DNA of 64,000 bases from Amphiscolops sp. MND2022 (Eukaryota). Location: contig OZ076409.1 of assembly GCA_964187785.1 (NCBI GenBank), positions 56,980,001-57,044,000 on the forward strand. The letters run 5' to 3'. The translations under genes and the position numbers were made by a program. The notes beneath the pieces are model-generated. The model was not told where the DNA came from. It saw only the letters and a list, made by a program, of their open reading frames with translations, and made no database searches. This document shows positions 52,101 through 64,000 of this stretch, piece by piece (the first letter of the stretch is position 1; every line of letters starts with the position of its first letter).

Positions 52101-53956
52101 AGAAATAGTCTGCATATTTCTTTTTGTAAAAAATTAGATTGCGAGGGTGGAGACACTTACTCAAGAATCTAACTATCAGAAAAAGAGGGTTTGTTTGGTG
52201 GATAAGTGTTTTGCGTTAACTAGATTAACTTAGTTTTTCTCCAGTATGCTCTTCGGCTCAACAGAATCGATCATTAAAAGAGGTGTTCAATAATCCAATT
52301 ACTTTCAATAGCGATAATCAAACGTCTTTCTATCGATTGTAAAATCAAAATAACAATACTAGTCAAGATTGAGATCCACGATTCAGTCAACTACGCGATC
52401 ACAAGTCCCGGACTAATACAATTTCTGTCTTTCTGTCTTCAACTACTAACGAACGAGTTCTTTAGCTTAACCAAGTTTCTTGCCTTCGTCCTAAGGCTCA
52501 ACTTGCTGGTAGCTCTCTAACTCCGATGTGTCTATTCAGTTAATTCCAAATCCGCCTCAGTTATATTTGTTCATCGCACGTGCTTCGGGTGGATTTATCT
52601 TAACATTCTATCGTTCGTAACGTTTACATTACTAGGCGGCAGCCTCTGAAGTTTGCATGCTTTTACCTTCACGTCTATTTATTCTTTTTGGTATAGCGAG
52701 CGCTTCTAATTATACTTCGACTAACCATTGTTTCCCGCCGACGACAAACTTCAACATCTTGACCGAAGTCCACATTTCTAAGATATTTCAAGTCGCCAGG
52801 ATTATTCTAATGTCACGAGAGTCGCTCAACGACCTTCTATTACATGGTTTACAAGTCCTGTGCGTGTACGGGGCTTTTATTCCATCACGCTAAGCTGATT
52901 CGTTCTACCTTGCTGACTTGCAAAAATTATCGTGCAGAGACATTGGTTTACATGTTTTAAGATACGTTTTTCCATGTGTTCAGGGGTCACATCTAAAATG
53001 GCCTTGAGGTCCGCTCGTGACCTTGAAGTTAATTGTCCTCATCCAAAGCTGCTACATATCAAGTTATATTGTCCTTGGGTCAATGGTTCCATAATAATGA
53101 GTTACATAATATGCGTACCGTTTGTTCACTTAAGGCGGTTACCCCGCATGGGTTACAAATACCGTTCCATTCTCGTTAGTAATCGACAACACTCGTTATT
53201 GTGGTTCGTATGAGATATTACAAGCTGAGGTCAAATGTCCTCTATCGGTCGGGCCGGCGCGTCCGGTCCCTTGTGCCTTAAACAAACTTTACTCCGCGCG
53301 TGGTGGAGCATTCTTGTATTTTTCATATATATTTTTTAGGGTTGGTAGATGAACATCTCAGGTAAGTTTCATGATCCTCGGGTCAACTGGTGGCGATTTA
53401 CATAACATTCGGGAGTTTATTATTTAGGGTCCGTGCTCTGCCTACACGTGTCGTAGAGTTCCGAAAAGATACGGAAACGAAATTATTTCCTATGTGCTAA
53501 CCATTTCATACATTATCAGACTTTTCCTGTACTTGGCCGATGAATTCGAAGGGTTCGACCTAGGTCACTTCCGGGGCTGGGGTTCTCGGGTCGGTTCCGT
53601 TTTTACAGGTGAGCAGCATAACAGCTCAAGTATACAGGCGCCAAATTTCAGATTTCTACGATTAGCAGTCTTCAAGAAAAACCTTACTGGGGGGTTTCGT
53701 GTTTGTGATTGTTGATGAACCAACTCAAATTCGGAACTTTTTGGTATGTTCAGTGACCCAAGCATGAACTATTTGAGACGGGATGACCTCGCTGGTCTTG
53801 ATGTTGCGACTCCAAAGAATCTCATTTTCGAAGATAGTTTTTCCAAGAAGTATGCCGGTTTTTAGATGATTCTAAAAACGGTCAAATGACTGGCATAAGG
53901 GTTTAAAAGAAATCTCCAGAAAGTGTCTCTAAAATCAAACAAGATTTCAACGTTTT

Positions 53957-54496
53957 AAGTAGGCGCCTGCTCAAAGCTCAAAATATCAAAGTCTCATTAG
54001 AATACTGAGATGCCATTGTGAAATCTTTTATACCTTTCAGTGTTTTGAAAAATATCCAAATTGATCAATTTAAAAATGCTCCAAAAAATCTCAAAAACCC
54101 AAAGATGGGAGAGAACCATTATGCTTGAAAAATGTCTCCTTCGAAGTCGAATTGAAACACGGGGAAAACCGAAAGGGGGACATTTTGATGAATAGAAAAT
54201 TTTTCGAAAAACAGTCGCACAGTGCCGAAAAAAAAAACAAATTTGACACGTCAACGGTTTGTAAACAGAGATATTTAGTCCTAGGCACACATCGAATCGA
54301 CAGCCATCTGCTTGGGGATCGCCCATCCTAACTTACTGGCTGAGTGAAGAAACTGGCGACGTGAACAAACTCTTAACTCTGTTCAAATGTGGAACATTCG
54401 CATACATTCCTATGGTGGTAAGATGTAAAAAAACAAAGAAACTAGCCTCTTTTATTGTCGGGCACATTTTTTTACAAAATGTGGCGACTGAAAAAA
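53957..54496 (-). mobile_element. Diverged HINE-like copy
   Basis: AAGTAGGCGC start, GTCGCACAGTGCCGAAAAA internal motif, GTCGGGCACATTTT..AAAATGTGGCGACT hairpin end. Confidence 0.65.
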
Positions 54497-55358
54497 GTTT
54501 TTCGGGCTCTCGTTGTTTCCACACAGTTATGAAATATCTCAATAAAATATCATTAAAACGCTGCTGTAAAAATTAGGACATGCAGTGAAATTCTTAACAA
54601 AACAAGAGAACCTGTATCTTTAAATTTGTTACCCTTTCAGCGTGAAATCTGTGCTGTGGGCAAAAATTAGTCACTAAAAGTGTTAGTCTGTTTTTCTTTT
54701 CTTTTTTTTTACAAAAAGCTAACCTAAAGTAAACATTGACCGTAATGTTTCAACTAAAAAATTTCTTTTTCTGGATCTAGACTGAAGCGGGATTGAAACC
54801 ACATGTCAGCTTCAATTTTCTGTTTATGCTTTAAAGGTGCTTAAATTTTCAATCAATATTTGAAATCATAATGAATCTATTTGGTAAGTTGAATGTTTGT
54901 CAAAGTTGAATGTTTACAACCACTTTTGCGCTCATAGTGTTGTCATTTGTTAGCAGACAACGAACGGTTAGAGATATTGTTTGTACGCGTTCATTTGCAA
55001 AATTGTTCTATCAACCTAAAAACAGTTATTTCATGACTGAGCGCCGTGGTGCCATCAATTCCTTTGTTGTTTTCATTTCCTAATTCACCGCCCAAAGAGA
55101 CTCAATAGGAAAGACATCTTGTCCTCCTATTTATTCTCTCAATTGTCTTTGTTGAGACCAACCACGTGAGGTTTTCAATATTAGGAACACGAACACTGTT
55201 TGAATCATCGACTAAGAATATTTGAATTTTGAGAAAAGGGATACTTCATTTCATTAACTTATTCGTGGGGGGAGTAAGATAGCCAGCTGGGCAAATGAGA
55301 AGCTGAAATGAAGCGATTGAAATTCAAAGAGGATGCAATAGTATGTATAACCACCCCT

Positions 55359-56074
55359 TGTAACGTCTGCCACCGGCATGACCAAAATTTCGATGAAAAA
55401 TTCCAAATGTGCGATGTCAAAATAGAAGAAAAAAGATGGCCGACCTGACAGGTACAAAAAGTGTGAAAGAAAAAAGAAAACACGCGGAGAGCGAGCAAGA
55501 AAGAGAACACGTGCCGGAGAGACAGCAGAAAAAGATGAAAGAGCAAGAAGATCGAGGAATGTCAGAATGGCGATTATCGGGAAGTTGTGTCATCTCTTAC
55601 GAAATTCAACAATTTCAGATGAAGATTGCCAGAGGGATATTCCGAATTATGGCTTGAAACTGTAAAGTAATTGGGGTTTGTCCCCGTTTTTCCTTGTTAT
55701 CTTCATAATTCCCTTCGATATTTGGAAGATGTTTGACCTTCTAGGTCATTTTATATCTTATTTCCCAAATATTATGTTTTCCAGCTAAATCACTGTTTTG
55801 ACCTCGGAAGCATGTAGGAACTCGCAGGAGTACATTAGAAACCTTAGGAATGTTTTTACAGGCTTGTGGGGCGTGTCCGGACTTTGAGAGTGCCGGCGCG
55901 TCGCTTCGGAGCTCTAACTAGAGAAGCCTCCTTAGACGTTAGAAAAGTCCCCCTTGGAGACCATTTTGGGATCAAAAACTAGTGTCTAGGTATGTAGTAA
56001 GACAACAGTCTCCTGTTTAAGCATCCTAGGCATTGTCCCTCTTCCTAGATGTGCGTCGCTAGCCGGTCGTTACA
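55359..56074 (+). mobile_element. Solo LTR related to the element 1 LTR (716 bp)
   Basis: TGTAACG...CGTTACA termini; flanks CCCCT/CCTCT (5-bp TSD, 1 mismatch); shared blocks with 13245-13875. Confidence 0.88.
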
Positions 56075-57214
56075 CCTCTTTGTTAACAAAGACACATCAT
56101 CATAAACAGAAAAGCGTTAATTTTCGCTGTTTCGTTACTTTTTGGTGAAAACAGCGGAATGTTAAAAATTAGATGGAGCCAAAAACAGATAGAAGTTGTC
56201 TCTAAAATCGACAAGCGTTGAAATCAAAACCATTCAATGAAAGTGCAGAATATCTTGGTGCAGAATGATACCAAGGGCTAAATACCGTGAATTTCATCTT
56301 TGTGAAATTCCACCATGGGATCATTTATCACAAATCAGCGACCGATTGATGTAATTCTTATCTTGGGAAAGCAGATTAATGAGCCAGCTATGAGTCATCG
56401 ATTCAAAACATTGCCAATGAAGCAATGCAAGGGGCGCAGTGATACTGCAAAATTTTTTACGTACTGTTTGAGGGGGGCTATGGAAAAAATACGACACTTT
56501 CTAAACTCAACTACTTTAAAACGAAAAAAAGCACTAAAAGGAATAGTCTGAACTGAAATGCTTCTAATAATCTCAAAACCAGGTCACACATTTTTGTATA
56601 TAGGGTCCTAAATGGCAATTCGAAAATCAGTATTTTCCATTCATCGTTTCATCTCCATTCAGCTTCACATGACCTACTTCGAAAAAATTAATAATTTGAA
56701 TGAACCATACTTTGTCGTTTATAAGGTTCTGTCACAACAAAAAACATTTTGATATAGTTAAGTTTGAAAGTTTAAAAAAAGTAAGTTTGTCCCCTGATTT
56801 AATTCTGTGAAGACAAAAGAAATCAGAAATAACCATTCAGATAGAGCGTTTCCTTCCTCGAAGAAGTTATTATCCAAACTATCTTTTATCATAGTTATAT
56901 TTCAAAAATGGCAGAAGCTCGTTACGTGTTTATTGTGAATTCCCACGCTGCGGGAAAAACATGGTGAAAACAGTTTCAAACAAATCGTAGGACAAAATAT
57001 TTTCATAGGGGACATTTCATAGTGAATAAGGACTATTATTGACTAAGAAGATAAAAATGCCCGAAGTTGTGACTGTTTCTGAGAATTTTTCATTCCAAAC
57101 AGCGTTGCACACTGTCCAAAAATACCAATTGTCAAAATGTGCGGCACAATGGGCTCGAAAAACGCGATATTCAAACTGAAAACATCAAAACCGAAGCAGA
57201 GAATTTCTAGTGGA

Positions 57215-57580
57215 AACAAGCCGGGACTGGCCCAAGTTGGCGCCATAGCCAAAAGGCTATAGTCAAAAATAGCAAAAGGACTTCAAAGTGTCAAAGTATT
57301 GGTGACTTGGGGGCCCTTTACTGAAGAAAGTTTTTTGAACAAAGTCTCACAATTCCGAAAAAACTAAAAGAAGGGACCCTTTAGTCTCACCCGGTATTGT
57401 ATGTTACGCAGAAAAACGAAAAAACTTTTTTGGTTCAGTAGCGTGGGCCAACAGGTACAATTTAAGTACTTTTAGAACTTTTGGTAGAACTATTTTGGTC
57501 AACTCAGGTGTATTGAAAAAAAACACTGACTAAAAGCCCTGACCATGGTCAATTTTTTTAGGAAAGTCACCGACTAAAAA
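57215..57580 (-). mobile_element. HINE/DINE-1-like Helentron copy
   Basis: AACAAGCCGGG..AAGTTGGCGCCATA start, CCGACTAAAAA end; internally similar to 21426-21893 and 18741-18940. Confidence 0.8.
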
Positions 57581-57705
57581 TTAAAAGTCGCACAGAGCAA
57601 GCCGGAAAGAGCCATGAGTTTTTTCCGTAAAATCAAGTACAAAACTCCCATGAGTTGTACATTACCAAAAACAAAAAATACCCGAAGTGGCCAAACTTCA
57701 AGGTC

Positions 57706-60700
57706 AGTTGTATCTCAAATAGACGTATAAGAAAAAGAAATCGATGTTAAAATTCAACTGTTCTGTTACTATCCTTTTTCTATCTGTTCGTACAAAGTTC
57801 CATCTGCACGTATGTGGCAGGGCAGGTAATTAATCTTTAAATAACATTAGTATAAATGAACACAGAAAAGAAACCAGTCTAATTAGTTTCTAGAGTCTAA
57901 ATGAGTTCGTCTGTCCTCTACATTCCCCCCTCCACAATTGGCTGATGATCGGCCAATAGGGGGCATTCTGCTTTCTGTTGTGGCCGTCAGTTCTTCACTG
58001 GTCCAGTGTTTGGTGGATGGTTAACCGTTCCTGGCAGATTGATCTGTTCTGGTTTGCAATTAGCCGTAACGTCTGAATTTGGTTCTTTGACCGGTCTAAA
58101 GGTTGTCGTCTTTTCTCTCCGGTTGAGATTCTGGTTGACTCTGTGTGGCCCCCGAGTTCAGTTGTTCTTTGGTGTTTCCTGTAATCATGACAAACCGGGT
58201 TATTATATCTAATGATTGGATCAGTTTTTGTCAATCTCTTTGACTTGCGTATAGGTTCCTTTTTTTCAGTGTCCAATTCAGTACTTGAGCACAGGTTACT
58301 TGCTAAGTCTAGATCAGAATTTTCTAGGTTATCTTCTAGTGTGTTCGAATTTGTGTTATTATCAGAAAATACCTTACCGTTTTCGTCTCTGATAAAAAGT
58401 CCTTGTCTGCGCGTTTAGCGTCTTCTATGGCACGGTCTACATTACAGTGCATAGCCAAGCTAAATTTCTACAAACACAATGCTGTGCGTGTAACCCCTTA
58501 GATTCCACAGACATGTCTTTAAACGTGCAAAATTGATTAGTTTCCACTAGTTTCGTGGAAACCGAGACACCGTCAACGAAATTCTGTGGATTCCAATAAC
58601 AAATATTTAAAACATTAGCGGTGCTGCAGAGCTGTCAGGAACTTTTTGTCTTAGTTTCCGCATAGTACTTCCGTGTCCGCCAAATTTGCTGTTTTAAATG
58701 TTAGTAGGCCCGTGCTGCTTCCCGGCATAGTTGTGTTGGTTGGGCTCGTTTGTGGCGTTTAGACGGGGGCAATCTTTGGTTAGCCTCGGTCTGCCTCGAC
58801 CGAATGTGCTCTTTGTGAGGGCTGTATTGTCTAGGGACACTGGCGTCTTAGGCTCTCAACATCCAATAATGGCGTCTCTGATCCGCTGTCCGATTTTATC
58901 ACCAATGCCCGTTTTTGTTTGGATAGTGATCTGATAAATTGGCCGTCCGAACCCTCTGTTGCTTTGTTCCTTGTTAAAATCAGTGATAGGTTTAATAATC
59001 ATTTTCTCATGTAGTACTCCTCCGTTTGGAGTCGTTACAGTATAGTTTGTACCCGAAATAGCTGATTGTGGTTTATCGGAATCTGCACTTTCAATGTTTT
59101 TTCGTTGGCGTTTTTTATCTAAGAACAAAAAGGGATAATTACTATCACCTTTTGTGTTTTTCTTCGGCTTCATTGGCAACTGGTCAGACACACCGCCAGC
59201 TCCACTAAACGAATATGCCTGTAAGGTCACTGAAACGGAACATTTTGTGAACTTTTCTTTTTTATCAAGGTTTAGTAAATTGCTTATCTCCGGATTTGGT
59301 TTTCTGCCTATGCGGAGTTGAAAAGAGGATTTTTTAAGTTGTGTGTGCAGTGTTTTTCTCATCATGTCCAGTGACTTTCCAGGGCCCTACCGAAACGTTC
59401 TCCGGCTTTAATGTTTGTTAAAAGGTTTTCTTTCAGAGTTCTGATCCCCAGTTCTACCAAATTTGGTGGGTGTATGGATATACAGTGTCCCGTATATTAA
59501 TTCGATGCAGTGTTTTTTGCAGAAGTCTCTGAACAGGCGTCCCGTGAAAGCGGTACTTTTATCCGTTCTAATCGTTTTTGATATACCGTTTAGCTGGATG
59601 TATTTTTCAGGAAGTTTTACCGCCGTTCGCCGTCCGTAGATGTACACAAACTTGCTGCCGGCCTTTAACTAAACCTGTCCATGGCCAATAAAATGTAAAG
59701 TCGACGTTGTTTTCCGTGATTGGTTTAATGAAATCCAATTGAATTTCTTCTTTGGGTTATCTAACCGAGGGAGGGTATTCGTTTCCGTGTTCGGTATGTT
59801 ACGCTTAATGTTCTTACCGGATATGAATCGCACTTCTTTTGGATTGCCGTCGTCATTTACGACCATCAGAAGTGTCGTGCTGCGATTGTCATCTTGTTGA
59901 TGGCAGTATGGCTCTTGTGTAACAGGCTGATGATTTTGTCCTCGAAAAAGACCAGACCAAACAGGCTTGACAACTTCTTCTTGTGGGGCTGATAACTGTC
60001 TGGTGTTAAATCGTGTTGTTGACGTTCCAGACAAACCAAGGTTTTTAACAGAGTCTGGTCATTGATAGTCTCGGTCATCAATAATTGCAGGTCTGTTGAA
60101 AAGTTCTTCTCAGTTTCTCTAACAGCTTGTCCTAGGTCCCAGTTGTTGTCTTTTTGAGCTACGATTTTTGAGGCATGTCCCAGCTTGACATATTGGACGC
60201 TAATTACCCTGACATAGCGTTCCCAATTTATTGCGGGGACTTCCAGGATGGACGGGTCTTAGTCCGTCTCGGAGTCGTTCTCGCCATTTTCCTTCGGCAT
60301 TGGAACGTATTGGTCGAGGTCCGTTAAGGCTGACGATGGTCCGGGCAAGTTTTGTTGTTGGGCCGGTGTTGGTCGATCCGTTTTCCAAAATGGATCTACG
60401 GTCCATTGTTCCGACCGTCTCGTTTGGGGTTGGAAGCCTCCGCTGATTTGGGGACCGACATTTTTTCGTAGGTCACCTTGTTCCCGGCCTCGAATAATTT
60501 GTTGTATTCTTCCCTCGATCACTCTTCTGTCGTTTCTCAGGAATTTCGGTTCGTGGTTTTTTTCCACTTTCCTCCGGTCATGCGATAAATACCGGGCTTC
60601 ACAATTTCCTTCCATCTTTGGATCAATGTTGTAGTTTCGACTTCGATGAACCTACTGCTGCGAGATTATCAATTGTTTTAGTATCCGTTGTAAGTTTGGT

Positions 60701-63700
60701 GCTTTTTGTTATTTGCGATTTTGATGAGTTGCGTGTTAATGTTGTGTTGTTCAGGTAATCAATGGCGGTTTGTTTGCGTGCGTCTTGTGACCGTGATTGG
60801 TATTTGCTGTGCGTTCGTTTTTGTCCGTTTCGGTTTCTGATTGCTTGACGTGATTGTCCAGGCAACCCTGTTTGGAAACGAACTTAAAATGCAGTGAAAT
60901 GTTGTTGATGACGTATTCATCGTCGTACGCATAGTCCGTTTGCGGCCGCGCTGACGGATTTCTGCTCAACTAAACAGTGAGCGCTAAATGCTTCGCTACG
61001 ATATGGTTTACATTAATTGTGAAATGTGCTAACCAGTTGTGTTGTTAGCCATCTTGTTAGCTGTGCGCTATATGTTTTACTGGATTGGTTTCGTTTAATT
61101 AATGGTTCTAAAGCCTGATGGTCCGTAAGTAGGTCAATCGGCTTACCGTAGATATACAATCCGAATTTTTCTAATCCCCAAACTACGGCCAATAGTTCGA
61201 GTTCTTTTATTGCGTAATTTTTTCGGTATCTGCTAAAAATCGGCTCGCGAAACCGATTGGTTTTAGGTTTCTGTCTAGCTGTTCTTGCCAACATGTTGCA
61301 CCGAGGCTGTTCGTTCTGGCGTCGGTTGTTATCACGTTCGGATAATTTGAATTGTAGGGAACAGGACACGAAATCTCCGTGATCGTTTGTTTGAGATTTT
61401 CCAATGATTGTGTGTGTTCTTCCGTCCATAACCTTTCATCGTCCTCCTTTAGGAGCTGTCTTTGGCTATCCGTTTGTGCGAACAGGTTGTCTATGTATTT
61501 GAACAAGTATTGGATGGCCGCCAGAAATGATTCGGGTTCTTTCTCATTATCAGTTCGTTTCAAAACTTTCATTGCCGTCAGTTTGTCCTGCAGTGGCCTG
61601 ATTCCGTTTTGGTTTAGTTTATGACCAATCCATTCATTCTCCGTTTTAAAAAATGCGGATTTAGTTTTGCTGAGTCTGTATCCGGAATTTTTCAGTCGGG
61701 TTAAAACGTTTATTAGCTCTTTTTGTGTTGTTCTTTTGAGCATTTGGTTACGACGATAAAGTCATCTAACCATGCCGGGTGTTTGTTGTCAATTTTTTGT
61801 CAATTGTTTTTCCTGAAAAGTGGTCGGTATGTCCGCTAACCCGTAAAATCCCTCTTTCGAAACGGTAGTAACCGGTAAAATGTCCACTGCTTACGGCGAA
61901 TATGCACAGGCTTCGGGCGTCTCTGGACAATTGTTGCTGACCAATATGCGTCGTCGAGGTCGAACTTCGAAATTCAAATCTCGTCTGCCGGTCCATCCGC
62001 AATCTTTCTGGAAATCCTGGAAAATAATTCCTCCATGTTAGGAATCTGTACCCTTTTTGTGGTGATTTCATTTACCTTCCATGAATCCATGGCAATTTTT
62101 ACCGACTGGTCCTTCTTCACCGTGATCACAGCCGGACTGACGAATTAATTTTCGTCAATGTTTTTTGCTTTTTTCAATATGACCTTGTTTCATGAGTTTA
62201 TGGATTTTTTTTCCGGCTGATTGTTGTAAGTGGATCGGTATTTATCTTCCTTTTTGCAGTATCAATTTTGCGTCTTCCGTTTGCGGTATTTTCACTTCGA
62301 GTCCGTTCGCGGTATGATTTTTGTTGAAAGTGTTTTTGAACTTCCTTTTTAGAATAGTTATGTCCGGATTTTCCTTTATGTGATTTTTCTGTTGATCGGC
62401 CTTACCGGTATCCAGCGTTATTCCCAAATTCTCTATCCAGTCCAAACCTAATAAAGGATTGGTTTTCTTTGTTGTTACCACCAAGACTTCGAGGTTGTTT
62501 CGCTTCACGTTTATTTCTACTGTTGCGATTGTCTTTCCTTCAAATCAAATCCGATTGTCACTTAGATCTCTATATTCAGTTTCAATTGGCTTCAGTGGCG
62601 TTATTCTGTTGAATTGTGCTTTCGGTTATAGGTTACCGGTGAGCCGCTATCTGTTATAAATTTGATTGACCGATTATTGACCAATGCGGTAAGTGTGAAG
62701 AATTCCGTACCATTCTTTTTCATTTGGCGTATTGAATGCATCTTTTTATTTACTGAATGCCATTCAGTAAATAAAAAAATCCATTCAATATGCCAAACTT
62801 ATAACAGATGGCGGCTCACCAGTGGATTGTCTTCGGTGACCAATTGTCCTCTTCCGCACTGCTTGCCTCATTTTCTTGTATGCGGTTTACTTTTTTGTTT
62901 AATCTACAGCATTTCGCGTAGAGGCCGATCTTTTTGCATTTCGCACATTTCTTTCCCCTGGCCGGGCATTCGTGCTGATTAGACCAATTAGTTGCTCCGC
63001 ATTTATTGCAGTCTAGTTTTTGGAATTTACCCGGTTTATCCAATGGTTCTTTCGTACTCCTTGTCTTTCTTTTATTGAAACATCGAATTTTCTTCTCGAC
63101 TTCTGTTTCTGGTGAGTCGTTCAATTTCTCATACATGTACTCGTGTAGTGCTTCGGTAATTGGCTCCACTGACATGTCGCTTTTTCTGATTTTTTTCTTG
63201 AGGTCATAATCGCATGTCTCGTTTCCAATTACAGATAAAAATTTTGCCGCCAAGAGTTCCGCTGCCGTTATCGTTTCGAACTCGTAGTTTCTGTCGAGTT
63301 CAAATATCCCTTTCCACACGTCTGCCGCGGACTCTCCATCTTCTCGTTTCAGGTTGAAAAAATCGGCTCTTTTATGTTAGACATTTCTCTCCGGTGTAAA
63401 ATGTAGTCGGAATAATGTGTATAATTTGTATACCAGTAATGTGCTTTTGCTCTCTTTCTCTCTAACCGCTTTGGTCATTTCCGTGATAGCACTATGTACA
63501 ATTGCCCACAAAAATATGTCTTTTATCTCTGTTTTTATTTAATCACGGTAGAGTGGCAGTTATCACGGTGTTTTTTTGCTGTTTGTCATTGTCGATAAGT
63601 CTAGATTCTTTGTCAATTTTATGTACTGTACAAACTTCCGCCACCGCATGTTTGCGTTGGAATAGTCTTGCTTTTCCAATGTTGGAATGGTGAGCTTCTG

Positions 63701-64000
63701 AGGTACAAGTTCGTTCATTGGTTCTGTTGAGCGTATCGTTCGCTAGCGGCTGTTCACCTGAGTGTGTTCCCGCCGACGTCCTGTTTGTGGCTCCGTTCCT
63801 TGGAAGGGTGTTTGTGCTGTCAACCATTACATTTTTTTTCGTATTGGTCCTTTGTAAGTCTTATAGTTACTCTGACTGCGCAATGTTGTATCTCGAATAG
63901 ACGTATAAGAAAAAGAATTCAATGAAAAATGCAATTTCTGTTACTATCCTTTTTTATCTGTTCGTACGAAGTTTCATCTGCACATATGTGGCAGGGCAGG
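57706..64000 (-). mobile_element. Heavily decayed Ty3/Gypsy (Mag-like) LTR retrotransposon; 5' LTR runs off the window
   Basis: LTR 57706-57922 matches 63884-64000; PPT GGAGGGGGGAA; degenerate PBS TTGCGCAGTC; fragments of gag knuckles (~62880-63010), protease LLGLDW, RT WLDD (61761-61772), RH ELELLAVVWGLEKF, integrase IRTDKSTAF. Confidence 0.93.

Noticed and set aside
49855..53220. Coding-like decayed stretches at ~49855-50090 and ~52400-53220 (minus strand)
   Set aside because: Contain stops and no recognisable motifs; probably old TE debris

Overview
Eukaryotic, AT-rich, transposon-dominated window, probably from an invertebrate animal (inferred from repeat content only). It holds three Ty3/Gypsy LTR retrotransposons. 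(1) 1-13875 (+) is a very large element whose 5' end lies outside the window. It has gag, a protease region, a dUTPase-like segment, RT, RNase H and integrase, then about 5.7 kb of unusual cargo: two tandem TARG1/OARD1-like macrodomains and a ~1400-codon non-env ORF3 with an SGNH-like segment behind a candidate splice acceptor. A diverged related solo LTR is at 55359-56074. (2) 44203-48944 (-) is a Mag-like element with both 171-bp LTRs and a GTAAT TSD. (3) 57706-64000+ (-) is a heavily decayed Mag-like element. Between them are about 9 copies of a DINE-1/HINE-like non-autonomous Helentron, two CORE-like tRNA SINEs, several MITEs, two long inverted-repeat structures and tandem repeats. The only plausible host gene is two minus-strand exons (41241-40675) resembling the N-terminus/TM1 of the proton-activated chloride channel PAC/TMEM206. 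They are separated by a hAT-like MITE that could be spliced out exactly as a GG-AG intron. All family assignments were made by eye from motifs; no searches were run.
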